The notes under the pieces were generated by a model. The model was not told where the DNA came from and made no database searches. It saw only the letters and a list, made by a program, of their open reading frames with translations. Positions 40,799 to 53,300 of a stretch of 64,000 bases of DNA are shown piece after piece. This DNA is from Paramoeba atlantica (taxonomy: Eukaryota > Protista > Discosea), in assembly GCA_977017575.1 (NCBI GenBank), contig CDRNVI010000019.1, positions 558,001 through 622,000 on the forward strand. The letters are read 5' to 3'. A program made the position numbers and the translations under genes. Numbering within the stretch: the first letter of the stretch is position 1; every line of letters starts with the position of its first letter.

Positions 40799-41175
40799 TT
40801 AGACTTGCGACAACGCTTTGCCCATTTGAGCGTTCAGAATGACACCGTTTAATTCTTGTAGATGCATTCCAAAATCTCGCACTACGGTTTCACGATCACG
40901 TCCGTTTGCATCAGCTAATGCCTTCAGAAGGGCGACACTGCTTTTGTTCATGGCTCCTCCGGCAAGCACTGATAGGCATACAAATTTTTCCCGAGGAATT
41001 AGATCGGAGTTTACATAAGTGTCCAGCTTCCTTTTTTCTGCTTCCTGCATCAGTTGGGCTCCCCGTTTGTGGATGTTTGATTTCGATAGTTCATTTGTTA
41101 CCGTGAAATCATAAAATATTTCACCCGACACCCAAAAGATCACGAGGTCCGGGCCGCTTCGATGGAAGGATGTGG
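40799..41175 (-). pseudogene. CRE lineage B middle copy Y, 3' segment
   Basis: FHRSGPD continues QKTCGTTS (45155) across an 8-bp duplication ggatgtgg. Confidence 0.85.
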
Positions 41176-41573
41176 CGGAGAAACGAGAACAAGGATCAGA
41201 TAACTTTTTTAGTTCCAATACGTCGAAGTGTGATCCCGAATTCCGAATTCTGTGTAATATTTCGTATTATGATATAAAAACTAATGAGCTGATTTTTCAA
41301 TTCTTTCTTTTTTTTTTTTTTTTATATGTTGGACCACATAAAACAGCATAAAACAGCATGGATGACACTTGTCCCCTCGAAACCAGCAAAGCCTCAAAGT
41401 AAAAAAGAACAGTTCCCGGATCAATTATTGTATACGCGCCAATTGTTGTCAAACGTGATGAAGAATCAATGCAGAAGTAGCAGTATCTAATATATTCGAA
41501 AGGACCTAATATATTCGAAGGCAACTAATCAATACTTATTTGTACGGAGATATACGTGTGGTAGTGAACTCTT

Positions 41574-44500
41574 TTAGAGTCGTAAACTCCCAATCCACTT
41601 TTCATCGGTGATGTAATCTCGGAGTTGAGACACTACCGTGTAAGCCGATAGCTTTTCAAGTTCCAGCTGAAAAGCCTCACGCACGTTTTCATATTTTCGA
41701 TTCGCGCGCTGAGCCAACGCCTTTAATAGTTGTTTTGTGTCGTTGTGCAACACACCACAATCTGAGGCGGCGATGCAACGAAATGCCTCACTGTCCACAC
41801 CTTTCTCTGTCACATATTTCTTGAACTTCCTTTCCTGGGCTTGCTGCAGTAGGTAGTTGCTTGTTTGTTTCTTGTAACTGTTGCAGCAAGTGTGAACCAC
41901 TGTGAAATCATAGAGGACTTCTCCCATATGGGGCCACATGATAGCGAGGTCGGGGCCAGATCGAATCCTGCGCGCCTTACATGGATGTTGGTCAGAAACC
42001 TCCGCAGAAATAGAGCATTTACACTTTGTACAATAAAATGAGGAGTGAATTCGCGGTTCGATAACACACGGAAGTCCTGCCTTCGCGCACAAGTCAGCTA
42101 GATAGCGCACGATGTGAGAGTGTTTACGAGTGCAGTTCATACCTGAGCATCTCGAGCATCCTGCGATATGTGGAATAATACTAGAAGATGTTTCTGGACC
42201 ACAGCATCCCGGGCATACGACGTTTATTGGCGCTTTCGGTAGACTTATTCCAAGTCGCATCATTAGGGTGTAGCGGAAAAGGTAAGGATTCACATAGTTA
42301 TTCGTACTCTCTAAATGTAAGTTCGCTTCTTTGCTTCGGTTCAGAATGAGCTCTAAATGCGAATGTTTCTTAAGTTCTGCGACTTGCTTTTCATACTCCG
42401 TGTTTAAGTTCTTCTTCAGAAGTTTTCGTGCCACCTCTTTTCGATCCTGCATTTTCTTCTGACCTTTGTCGCTACCTTTATAACCTACCGGAGCGTTAAT
42501 GGGTTTTGGGTGCTCTTCGATAGATGTTTGGGCAGCTTCAAAGAAGTACTTGTGTTTCAGAATCGTGGATGTGATACCTAAACCTCCAAATTTTTTTGGA
42601 AGTGCTGCGAGTTGCAAAGCATTGGAGTCAGCTCCGCACCACTTTTCCAAGACCTTACCCACCTCTGTGTCGAAAACCTGCGCTAAATGAAGAGTGGCAT
42701 TCGGTCTGTGTACGCGGAGATGATAATCGTGTCGCGGAATTGTACAGCGTCGCAAAATGGCCAGTGAGAGGTTGCTCGGACCCATCTTTAGGAGTCTGCG
42801 GAACAGACATTTGTGTTTCTCGAGTTTTTGAAGAAGCAAACTTTCTACCACCTGGTCGGCGCCAATGTAAGCACCAAGAATCTTAATGGCATCCGTCCGA
42901 AAGTTTACCCCCAAAGATTCTAATGGAAGTGGTTGGGTAGCACAGGGAGGGGCCTTCTGGAACCACTCACATTTCCGGAAATTGATATCTAAGCTGAGAT
43001 CCGCAGTTAACTCTCGTAAATGAAGAAAAGCTGCCTCAAGCGAATGAAGATTCTTAGAGCTGAGCGTCACGTCGTCTTGATAAGCTCTTATATTGACCTC
43101 GGGGTAAAGATTGGCTACTTCCATTAGAGGGCCTTGCAAGAGTGCACAAAAGTACATGGAAGAGAGAGCTGATCCTTGACGAATTCCAGATGAACTTTGT
43201 ACTGTAGAATGAAGGGCATTGTTGGCAAAGAATAAAAGGTCTGAAGGGAGGCCATATTCCAAGTAGAAAAGTCGCATGAAAGGTTTAAAAATCGCATTTC
43301 CCAGAAGCGCGCGGGCGATTGCATTTCGATTCGGTGTGTTATACGCATTGGAAAAGTCCACTGTCAGCAGTGCGTGGTCAGTTTCATAATCTTGTAGCAG
43401 CTCGTGGACTATGGATTCGCACGCGTTTTTTTGAAGGATACCTCGCTGAATCGGTGCAAAGAAATTCTTTAGCATACAGCCGTGCCGCTCTAGCAATACA
43501 GAACCGCATATCTTCAAAATTGTGTCTCCCATGGCAACTGGGCGGATGCCGTTTTGAGGCTTGGCCAGTGCAATGATTCTGCATCGAGTCAAACGGTGAC
43601 GGACACTTAGCGAGACCTCCCCGTTAATCACATCGCGGATCATATGGCATAAGGAAAGGCATGTTTCTTCGTCGTCCACCAACAACCGCATCATGCTCTC
43701 GCTGAGCCCCGTCGGACCCGGTGAAGCCCCCCGGGACAACTTTTCAGTGGCTTCCCGGATCTCTGAGTTCTCTACGACTCCGATTCGCGGAAAATTTGCT
43801 TCAGGAATTTCCAGTGGAGAACCATCCGGATGTAGGGTCTTTAGCTTGCTTACTTTTTCCTCGGGTGATAGATTGGATTCCTTGTAGACATTATCCAGTA
43901 CTCTCGTCGCTTTGCTTAAGTTCCCTGCTTTGGCTGTGATTAAAGCATTCCGTATCGAGCGTCGGTCTATCTCCAGCTCTTCACGTTGTGCTGCACTGAG
44001 GTTGGTATCGTCAGAAAGGTTTCCGTTTCGGGGCACGTGTCCCACTCTCTGATGTCTCTTTTGAGTCTGACGCACCGTGGCTAATGAATCGCGTGGTGCA
44101 TTTAGGAATTTGTGCCAAATCGCTTCTTTTTCCGATTCGAGCTTAGCGCCGGGATATCCTCTGATGATTTCACGGAAAATTGCCACAACATGCACCGCAA
44201 AGGACGGATCGATTTGCGCCATCGAAGGCAGAGGTTCGAGATCATTTTGTTCATCTTGACACGAGATATTATCCGCCTGTTCCTCCAGCCTTAGTGTTGG
44301 AATCTCAACTTTCAGCAATTTTGTTGCTCGAATACTGCGGATTCTGATCTTGTGTGATTGTGGTAAGTAAAGAAAACCGCTTGGACCTTCACTCTCAGAT
44401 TCTGGCTCGTACGAAATCTTTATTTTAACTTGTCCCTTACGAGAAGTTCCGCCTACAACTGTGCCCTTTGAAATGTATGTCGTATTGCCTTGACGAAAAC

Positions 44501-45074
44501 CCCATTCGATTACGCATTCGGTGCCCTTGCCCCACTTCGAAATGATGTTGTAAACGTGATCTGGAGCTTTGGAGTGTGAGTTTATCTCTTCTTGGTGTTC
44601 TTTTTCGTCCCCGCCGTCCATAGACATTTGATCGCGCATCTCCTCGTCGGTGGCCTTGGATTCGACTTCCGTATCACTTGTTAAATCTTGATCGAACTCC
44701 ATTTCCAACGGTACCTCTTTTGACTTCGCTGAGGATGTCTCCATTCGAAAAGTTGTTGTTTTAATCTTGATCGTGTTTCGAGGATGGGGTTTTCGAGGCT
44801 CGACGTCGTCGTTCATACCGTGATCTGCCCAGTTTCTTGGTAATTCCTTGGGCTCGATGAATTTGATTCGTGGCTTCTTTTTCAGAGTTGCTGCTACTTT
44901 TATTTCTGGTGATGTTTGTTCACATTTTTCCTCGCATTGAAGATGAATTCTTGTAGCCTCTATATCTTTATGATTTTTTGGCTTCGAGAGCCGTCCATGA
45001 TTCACTGTGGGTTCCTTCAATTTCTTCTTGACTTGTGTGGTACTTCGCGTCGGTGTCCGAGAAAGGCGTGTCAT
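41574..45074 (-). CDS. Full-length intact CRE lineage A ORF (RT + RLE), 1166 aa; inner copy Z spanning 41176-45154
   Basis: GIRQGSALSS, AYQDD, CPGC...HIAGC, GPDLAIMW...YDFTV. SL at the 5' end. Confidence 0.93.
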   Translation of the reverse strand: MTRLSRTPTRSTTQVKKKLKEPTVNHGRLSKPKNHKDIEATRIHLQCEEKCEQTSPEIKVAATLKKKPRIKFIEPKELPRNWADHGMNDDVEPRKPHPRNTIKIKTTTFRMETSSAKSKEVPLEMEFDQDLTSDTEVESKATDEEMRDQMSMDGGDEKEHQEEINSHSKAPDHVYNIISKWGKGTECVIEWGFRQGNTTYISKGTVVGGTSRKGQVKIKISYEPESESEGPSGFLYLPQSHKIRIRSIRATKLLKVEIPTLRLEEQADNISCQDEQNDLEPLPSMAQIDPSFAVHVVAIFREIIRGYPGAKLESEKEAIWHKFLNAPRDSLATVRQTQKRHQRVGHVPRNGNLSDDTNLSAAQREELEIDRRSIRNALITAKAGNLSKATRVLDNVYKESNLSPEEKVSKLKTLHPDGSPLEIPEANFPRIGVVENSEIREATEKLSRGASPGPTGLSESMMRLLVDDEETCLSLCHMIRDVINGEVSLSVRHRLTRCRIIALAKPQNGIRPVAMGDTILKICGSVLLERHGCMLKNFFAPIQRGILQKNACESIVHELLQDYETDHALLTVDFSNAYNTPNRNAIARALLGNAIFKPFMRLFYLEYGLPSDLLFFANNALHSTVQSSSGIRQGSALSSMYFCALLQGPLMEVANLYPEVNIRAYQDDVTLSSKNLHSLEAAFLHLRELTADLSLDINFRKCEWFQKAPPCATQPLPLESLGVNFRTDAIKILGAYIGADQVVESLLLQKLEKHKCLFRRLLKMGPSNLSLAILRRCTIPRHDYHLRVHRPNATLHLAQVFDTEVGKVLEKWCGADSNALQLAALPKKFGGLGITSTILKHKYFFEAAQTSIEEHPKPINAPVGYKGSDKGQKKMQDRKEVARKLLKKNLNTEYEKQVAELKKHSHLELILNRSKEANLHLESTNNYVNPYLFRYTLMMRLGISLPKAPINVVCPGCCGPETSSSIIPHIAGCSRCSGMNCTRKHSHIVRYLADLCAKAGLPCVIEPRIHSSFYCTKCKCSISAEVSDQHPCKARRIRSGPDLAIMWPHMGEVLYDFTVVHTCCNSYKKQTSNYLLQQAQERKFKKYVTEKGVDSEAFRCIAASDCGVLHNDTKQLLKALAQRANRKYENVREAFQLELEKLSAYTVVSQLRDYITDEKWIGSLRL

Positions 45075-45093
45075 GAGAAAGAAAAATTAAAGA

Positions 45094-45148
45094 CAACAAG
45101 GTCAACAAGGTACAACAAGGTACAGAAACTGTATCTTTATCGTTAAAG
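45094..45148 (-). other. Spliced-leader relic (45113-45148) followed by two truncated copies of its 3' end
   Basis: CTTTAACGATAAAGATACAGTTTCTGTACCTTGTTG-TACCTTGTTG-ACCTTGTTG, 19 nt before the ATG. Confidence 0.8.
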
Positions 45149-45154
45149 ATCGTT

Positions 45155-45807
45155 GGATGTGGTTCCACATGTTTTCTGATGCTCCTGTTTTCGCTGTTCG
45201 CTCACCGCTTCGGTACATTTAAGGCATCGGTATGATGTGAATTGTCGCGGTTCACGCTCGCATGGGATCCCGGCTCGCAGACATAGATCGTATATGTGCC
45301 GAACTAGTGCATTGTGCCTTGTCGTTGCATTTGCCCCCGTGCATTTTACACAGCCAAGTAAATGTGCCAGAGAGTGTTTAGACTCAAGGATCATCTTGCA
45401 TCCAGGGCACAGAAAATTATTCGGCATGCTTCTGTGCGCGATTCCGAGTCGCGCCATTACCACCAGTGTGAATTGGGAGGATGGGATGCATCTCGTTCTG
45501 CCTTGTAGCCAGTCGTGGTTCCCCTTCTCGCTGCACGCTTTTACCAACGGTGCTACCTCCTCATTTTTCTTAGTGAGTTCCTGATATACCTTCTGATTTA
45601 ACATTGCATCTGTCACGGCACCATCATCACATACTACTTCGCTTTCCCGCATCATCTCTTCGTCATGCGTTAACCGAGCTGAGTTGATTTTACAGCGCTC
45701 TAGAGAAACGCGTTTCGAAGAATTGTAAGCAGCATTGCGAGTTTCGGCCGATGATGGTAGACCGAGTCCACCTTTCTTGACGGGCAGTCGACACCAGGAG
45801 ATTTGCT
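45155..45807 (-). pseudogene. CRE copy Y, 5' segment
   Basis: RLPVKKGGLGL...CPGC...HLLGC...HQKTCGTTS. Confidence 0.82.
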
Positions 45808-46140
45808 GGCTTCATGTTTCTTTAACTTTTCAAGGAGTAAACTGCTCACTTTGTTGGTTTCCCCGACGAAAGCACCTAGGAGTTTTATCGCCTCATTTTC
45901 TGTCCGTAACCCTTCCGTTGTCAGACGTTCAGGCATTACCAACTTATGAAGACCGCCAAACCAGATGCACTTTTCCGGGGCCATCGAAATTTTCTTTTGT
46001 GTGAGTAGATCATTCAGTCTGAGATATGCCTGTTGCAAGAGATTTGTATCAGAAGACGCAAGGCTGATATCGTCGACATAGGCGTAGATGCGAAGAGTGG
46101 GGAATTCCTGTGCCAGAGCTCATAGCGGAAACTTTATGAA
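45808..46140 (-). pseudogene. CRE copy X, first segment (RT motif AYVDD)
   Basis: ALAQEFPTLRIYAYVDDISL...IKLLGAFVG...KHEA. Confidence 0.8.
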
Positions 46141-46149
46141 TGAACTCGT

Positions 46150-46290
46150 GGACAATCTCCTCCACGAAAGGTTCCAGCCTCTTCGATTCACCGCGATAAC
46201 GAGGATCGTAATCCTTCCTCAACAAGCCCTTAAACTTATTCGCGTCCTGCACGTAACCGAATATTTTCTTTTCTTCTCTCACATCGCTTC
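46150..46290 (-). pseudogene. Fragment of an E5-like YR-element RT region
   Basis: PRYRGESKRLEP here versus LRYRGESRRLEP in E5. Confidence 0.65.
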
Positions 46291-46510
46291 CAGTTAATAA
46301 TCAAATCTTTTTTTTTTTTTTTTTTTTTTGGGTTGCTGTTCGTCTGTTGTAGGTGTAGATTTCGTGAATACGTTTTTTTTTTTTTTTGTAAGACCCCTGT
46401 CATTGCATTCTGCCACAATGACGGATCAGAGATAAGGCTTATATAAGGCTTGCGCGACTTTGCAAGCTGTGTAATATTTCGTATTATGATATAAAAACCA
46501 ATGAGCTGAT

Positions 46511-49500
46511 TTATAGACTGAATTCCTGCGTAGCGCCTTCTTCGTTTAGGTATTTCCGAAGGTGGGAATAAACTTCTAGACCATTTAATTCCTGCACCAG
46601 TAGTTTAAATTCCTGTTCAACCCCCTGCCGGTCTAGTAAGGCGGCATCTGCTATCGCATGGATCAGACTTTGCGTGTTGCGATGTAAAGAACCTCCGGAC
46701 AGAACAGGCAAGCATTGGAAGCATTCTTCTCGTATAATATTCGTCTGCACGTACGTGTTGTGTTTTCTTTTGATCGCGTCGTTGATTAGTTGGATGCATT
46801 TTTTAGACCTATTGCTCTGCGAAAGCTCGTGTATTACGGTTAAGTCATAGTATACCTCGCCGTTGTTCCAATAAATAACGAGATCCGGTCCGGATCGGCA
46901 TAGCCGTCTTCCAGTGCAAACTTTCTGATGAGTTACGTGATTGCTTGGACTAATTATATCTCCGCACTGCAGACATTTCCATGACGAGAAAGCTCTGGGT
47001 TCCTTTTCACATGGCAATCCAGCTTTGTGGCATAGTCGCTGTAGAAATGTAACAAGTGCATTGTGCTTCGCCGTTGAATTGAATCCTGAGCATTGAACGC
47101 ATCCTGGGATATGTGACAGAGCATTCCGATTGTCGAGAACAATGCCACATCCCGGGCAAAGAAGGTTGGTCGGAAGATTTTGATGTTGAGCATTTAGCCT
47201 AGGCATAACCGCAAGCTTAAATAGGTGTGACGGTATACTTCGTACATGTGACGTGAGCCAGTCGTTGTTGCCTTTGAAAGAAGTGGCTTGAAGTATGGGC
47301 TTAAGTTCGGGATTTAGAAGCAATTCTTTCCAATCCTTTTCATGTTGAATCACGTTGGATGTTTCGTCGTCAACAGGTGTAATTTTTAGACTAGATTTCT
47401 TTGGAATGCATTTGTGTGCAGCTGTGGTGTTTGTTACAGTCCGAGCTGAAGAAGATCTTTGGCGCTCAAGAACTGAAAAACGCGAAGCAGCGTACGCATT
47501 CGCTCTATTGGGATTACTGGCTGTTAATCCGATACCCCCTTTTTTGAATGGAAGACGGATGATTTTCTTTTGATTTGATGATAACGGCCCGAACCAGGCT
47601 TCCACGACATCCTCGACTTTTTGATCAAACTCCGCAGTAGCAGTGTCTGTGGTGTCCGCTTCGTGAACGCGCATGAGGTATTGCAGTCTAATGTTTACGC
47701 ATTTAGACAGCAGCAGAAGAGAAATATTATTTATACCCATTTTCTTTAGCCGCCTAAACCCGTCATCATGTTTGTTTACCTGTCGAAGGAGCCTTTCACT
47801 AATCGACTCGTTTTCACCTATGTGAGCACCCAGTATCTTAATGGCATCGGATTCTGTTTTAAGACCTTGCTGTTGAAGAGACCATGGTATGGAGTTTCCT
47901 GACATTCCCTGAAACCACACACACTTCGTCTCGGCGAGACTCACCCGTTTCTGCTTGAGAAGATCTCTAAGTCGGAAAAACACCGTTTCTAATTCGTTAG
48001 GGTCTCGCGAAACCAGAGTTATATCGTCGATGTAAGCGTTGATTTCTACACCAGGGAATTCCATGGCCAACGTTTCAAGGATCGGCTGACAAAATACACA
48101 AAAGTATAGACTTGCTAAGGCAGAACCTTGTCGTACTCCAGCGGAACTCGGTATAATGCTCGCTAAATTGCCATCAGAACCGAAATACAGCAGGTCAGAG
48201 GGTTCGGAGTATTCGGCGGTGAAGAACCTCTGGAAAGGTTTGAGTGTTGCAAATGCAAAGACGCTTTTGGCCATTTCGGTCCTTGAAGGGGTGTTAAATG
48301 CATTCCTCATGTCGACAGATAGAATCGTGTGACCGTCTCGATATCGGTCGCGTAGCTTGTGGACGATTCTTTCACACCCCGCCTGCGAAAACACCCCCTG
48401 TTGCATTGGAGAGAAAAGGGGTTCCAGCGTTTTTTCATACCTCTGCAGCAATATCAGGCCGGCTAGCTTACCAAATATTTCGCCAATCGCTACAGGCCGA
48501 ACTCCTCCGTCGGGTTTTGCTATTGCAACCAGACGGGCCCGATTAAGTCTTTGCATCACTTGGCGTGAAAGAAATCCGTTGATCAGGTCCCCCATCATGT
48601 GACACATACTCCCACAACATGGCTCGTCGTCAACCAGTAGTCTAATAACACTATCCGTTGTTCCTGTGGGACCCGGGCTGACGCCTTTCGCCAACCGTTT
48701 GCTGGCGCTGCGAATTTCGATCGGCGAAACTGCAGCTATGATGGGTGCATCTTCGGGTGCGTCAAATTTGCTGTTTTGTTCCGGATGCAGGTCTCGCAGC
48801 TTTTGTATGGTTTCTTGGTCTGTAAGTGACTTATTCTGAAACGAACGATCAAGTACTTTACATGCTTTGGAAACGCAGCCTTCTAAGGCAAGACGTGTTA
48901 CTCTCTTGATGGCTCTTCGGTCCTCTTTCGCTACTACTTCTTCTTCCACCTTGTCGTCATTAAACGGGTCTCGTAGAGGTCTTCGGCGTCTTTGTCTGAC
49001 ACTGGATTGACGGACCTCTGCAAGAGACAGTTTCATAGCAGACAGAACTTGGTTCCATATTTTGTTCCTTTGCGGATAGTCGCTTTGTTGGTACGGTTGC
49101 ATAATGTCTCGATATATGGCAAGTATTCGCGGAATGAAGTCTGGACTAATTGTTTTGGCCGTGGGAATCGGAAGGTGGTCAACGTCGTCGCCTTTCCAGT
49201 CACTCACATTGAAACCTAAACTGTTGAATGTGGTATCTTCGTGTGATTGTTCGTCGCTTTCATCCAACACTGGCGGCGTTATGTGCCACCGTAGGTGAAA
49301 GATCCGTACGTTTTCTTGAGGCGGAAGGAAGCCGACGAAATATTCGCTTGCATGATGGCCTTTGATACCTCTGTACCGAAGAGTGATCTTCTTCTTGTTA
49401 GCTCTGCAATTTGTTTTTGTAACGACACCCTCCGATATGTTGATTTTCGTTTGCCTGTCGAAAGTCCAAGCGATAGTGCACGTCGCTCCTTTTTTTATGT

Positions 49501-49760
49501 GAGATAGTGATTGGATGATGTCATTGGAGGTGATGGGGAACTCTGTTTCCGGTTTTATGGCTCCGATAATGTTCTCGAAGACTTCGCCATTTATTCCATC
49601 GCAAAATGTGATCGCGGAACCTCTCTGTATTTCGTCAGCTATGTCCACAGGAATTGGTGGTAGTGGGGTTTCAAGGGCTGCGCCGCGAGTCGGAGACTCA
49701 CAGTCGTGAAATTCAACATCTTTGTCTATAGACTCTTCTGCTCCTGTGCTCTTTTCTTTT
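46511..49760 (-). CDS. CRE lineage B RT + RLE ORF, open, slightly 5'-truncated at an A-tract
   Basis: AGVRQGSALASLYF, AYIDD, GPDLVIYW. The frame is open upstream of the GTG at 49648 to ~49760. Confidence 0.9.
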
Positions 49761-50322
49761 TTTTTTACAGACTATGCGATATGAAGGAACAATGGCAGGT
49801 CCATTAAAAACGTACTGTTGCATTTTTTTTTTTTTTTTTTTTTTTTTCAATCCGTATACTTTTATGTTTTTTTACGTGTACGCTTCGATTACCTTCACAA
49901 GATCTATTAATGAAAATAATTTTTTTTTTGCCACAACTCAAGTGGACAATACGCTACATACCTTTTGTTACTTCATCAAGTCGTAGTTTCTTAAATTCAA
50001 TTTATAGAATGTTGTTTATACATAAAATATCTTATAAAGAGGAAAAAATATAAATAAATAAATAGAGGAAATACTAAATAAAGAGGAAATATCTTATAAA
50101 ATATCTTTTTTTTTTTTTTTTTTATTCTATTAGAATTTCCCTGAGTTGGTGATCTCAGGCTACTATTGAAAAGGGAATGTTATGGTCTTTCGGTTTTATA
50201 TAACAATATCTTCATATAGTCGAACGTGTACGAGCTGCCGTCATATGTTAAGAATTTGGGTTTTCTCAAATACCCGTAAATTTAGATTACAAATTTTACT
50301 TTAAAGAGACTTTAAATATATC

Positions 50323-53300
50323 TTATAGGCGCAATTCACTCATCCACTTCTCTGCTGGAATGTAGTCTCGGAGCTGCGACACTACCGTGTACGCTGACAT
50401 TTTTTCGATTTCGAGCTGGAAAGCATTGCGCACGCTTTCATATTTAAGTTTCGCTCTTTGTGAGAGAGCCTTCAGCAACGCCTTAGTATCGTCATGTAGA
50501 AGGCCGCAATCTGTTGCAGCCAGACACTTAAACGAATCGCTATCGACACCCTTCTCAGTAACGTATTTCTTATATTTTCTGTCGGAGACCTGCTGCATAA
50601 GGGCAGAGCTGGTGTGTTTTGCGTAGCTTGAGCAGCACGTATGTACTATTGTGAAGTCGTAGAGTACCTCACCCATGTGAGGCCACATGATGGCCAGATC
50701 TGGACCTGAACGAATACGGCGTGCTTTGCAAGGATGTTGCGCGGCGACATCTGCTGAGATAGTGCACTTACATTTAGTGCAATGATACGAGGAGTAGATG
50801 CGGGGTTCGATCACGCTAGGAAGGCCTGCTTTTGAGCACAACTCTGAGAGATACCGGACGATATGTGAATGTTTGCGTGTGGAGTTCATCCCGGAGCATC
50901 GGGAGCATCCAGCAACGTGGGGAATAATGGTGGAGGGTGATTCTTGATTAGAACAGCCGGGGCATGTTACTTTGGCCGGTGCCTTAGGCAAGCCAATTCC
51001 TAAGCGCATCATGAGCGTATATCGGAATAGGTATGGGTTAACGTAGTTGCTGGTGTTTTCGAGGTGGATATTAGCCTCTTTAGTGCGTTTTATGATGTTC
51101 GCTGCGGTGGAGTCTTTCTGTATTTCTGTCAATTGTTTTTCGTGAGCTTGACTCATGATCTTCTTAAGCGATTTGCGGGCCTTTTCTGCGCGGCTCTGAA
51201 TTTTAGCTTTGCTCTTGTCATTGCCTTGCGAATCTACCGGAGCTTTATTGGGTTCCAAGTGCTCTTCAATAGATTCTCGGGCTGCTGCGAAGTAGTGCTG
51301 CTGTTTCAGAGTGCAAGAAGTCAGTCCTAATCCACCTAATTTTTGCGGGAGAGCTGCGAGCTTAAGTGCCTGGGCGTCCGCGCCGCACCATTTCTGCAAG
51401 ACTTCGTGTACGTGGCTTTCAAAAGAATGTGCCAGACGCCGAGTGGCCTCCGGGCGGTGAACTCTCAGATGATAGTCTTGACGTGGAATTGTACATCGGC
51501 GAAGAATCGCGAGAGAAAGGTTACTGGGGCCCATGAGAAGTAAACGGCGGAAAAGGCATTTATGCTTACTGAGTTTGCGCAGGAGAAGATCCTCTACCAC
51601 ATTATCTTTCCCGATATAGGCTCCCAGAATCTTGATCGAATCAGTGCAAAGCTTGACGCCTAGATTATGCAAAGAGAACGGTTCGTATGTGGTATTTTTC
51701 TGGAAAAATTCGCATTTCTGAAAGTTGACGCGTAGATTGAGCTCGCCTGTGATTTCACGTAAGTGCAGGAACGCAGCTTCGAGTGACTGTACGTTTGTAG
51801 AGCTGAGAGTCACATCGTCTTGATATGCTCGTATTTTGACGTCGGGGTATAAGCTTGCGATCTCGCGAATGGGACCGTGTAAAAGTGCACAGAAGTACAT
51901 GGAGGATAATGATGAGCCTTGTCGAATTCCTGACGAACTTTCGATGGTCGCGAAAAGAGCGTTGTGTGCGAAAAACAAAAGTTCGGATGAGAGGCCGTAT
52001 TCAAGGTAAAACAGTCGCATAAAAGGTTTGAACACAGGATTCTCTAGTAGTGCTTGTGTTATGGCGTCGCGTCGTGGAGTGTTGTATGCGTTCGTGAAAT
52101 CTACCGTAATCAATGCGCATCCATCCTCGTATTCTTGTAGTAGCTCATGCACTATTGATTCACATGCGCTCTTGTGGAGAACGCCCCGCTGCATAGGCGA
52201 AAAGTATTTTCGTAGTGCACATTCATGTCGCTCGAGTAAAATGGATCCGCAGATTTTTAGGATCGTCTCCCCCATGGCGACTGGCCGTATACCGTTTTGT
52301 GGCTTCGGAAGAGCAATAATTCGGCAACGAGTGAGACGCTTCCGCACGCTTACAGGCACGTCGCCATTGATAACGTCGCGAATCATATGGCATAATGAAA
52401 GGCATGCTTCTTCATCTTCAACAAGCAAACGCATCATGCTCTCACTAAGCCCGCTTGGTCCCGGAGATGCCCCTCGCGCAAGTTTTTCGACTGCAAGGCG
52501 GAGTTCTGATTTATCTACAACGCCGATCCGTGGAAAGTCAGCTTCCGGAATTTCAATACTAGGCCCCTCGGGATGCAAATCGCGAAGTTTCTGTAATTTT
52601 TCATGCGCTGTAAGATTGGAGACCTTGTAAACGTTGTCGAGAATTCGAGTGGCTTTCCCGATGTTTCCAGCTCGAGCGGTCGTTAAAGCATTCTTGATCG
52701 AGCGACGGTCGACGCCAAGTTCTTCCCTTTGTTCTATGCTGAGTGTTTCGTTTTCCGATGGATCCGCTTGTTTGTTTATGTGTCCGACTCGTTGATTTTG
52801 CCGAGAAAGTTGACGAATAGTAGCGAGCGAGTCTCTTGGTGCGTTCAAAAATTTATGCCAGATAGCTGTTTTCTCAGAGTCAAGTTCTACCGATGGATAC
52901 CCACGAAGTATGGCTCGGAAGATGGCGACTACATGGATTGAAAAAGATGAATCAATGGGTACCATCGTGGGCAGCGGCTCGAGATCACTTTGACCATTTT
53001 CATCGCTAGACACGTTGTCGGCGTGTTCTTCTAAATTCCGCGTAATTGTTTCGACTTTGATCAGTTTCGTGGCTCGTATCGAACAGATTCTGATCCTGTT
53101 TGTGTGTGGAAGATAAAGAAAGCCACTGGGACCTTTGCTGCCTTGAGCTGGATTGTAAGAGATTTTGACTTTGACCATTCCTTTTCGTGAGGTCCTACCT
53201 ACGACGATGCCTTTCGACGTGTAATTTACCGTGTCTTGTCGGAAGCCCCACTCGATAACACATTCCGTGCCTTTGCCCCACTTTGCTACCATGTTGTGCA

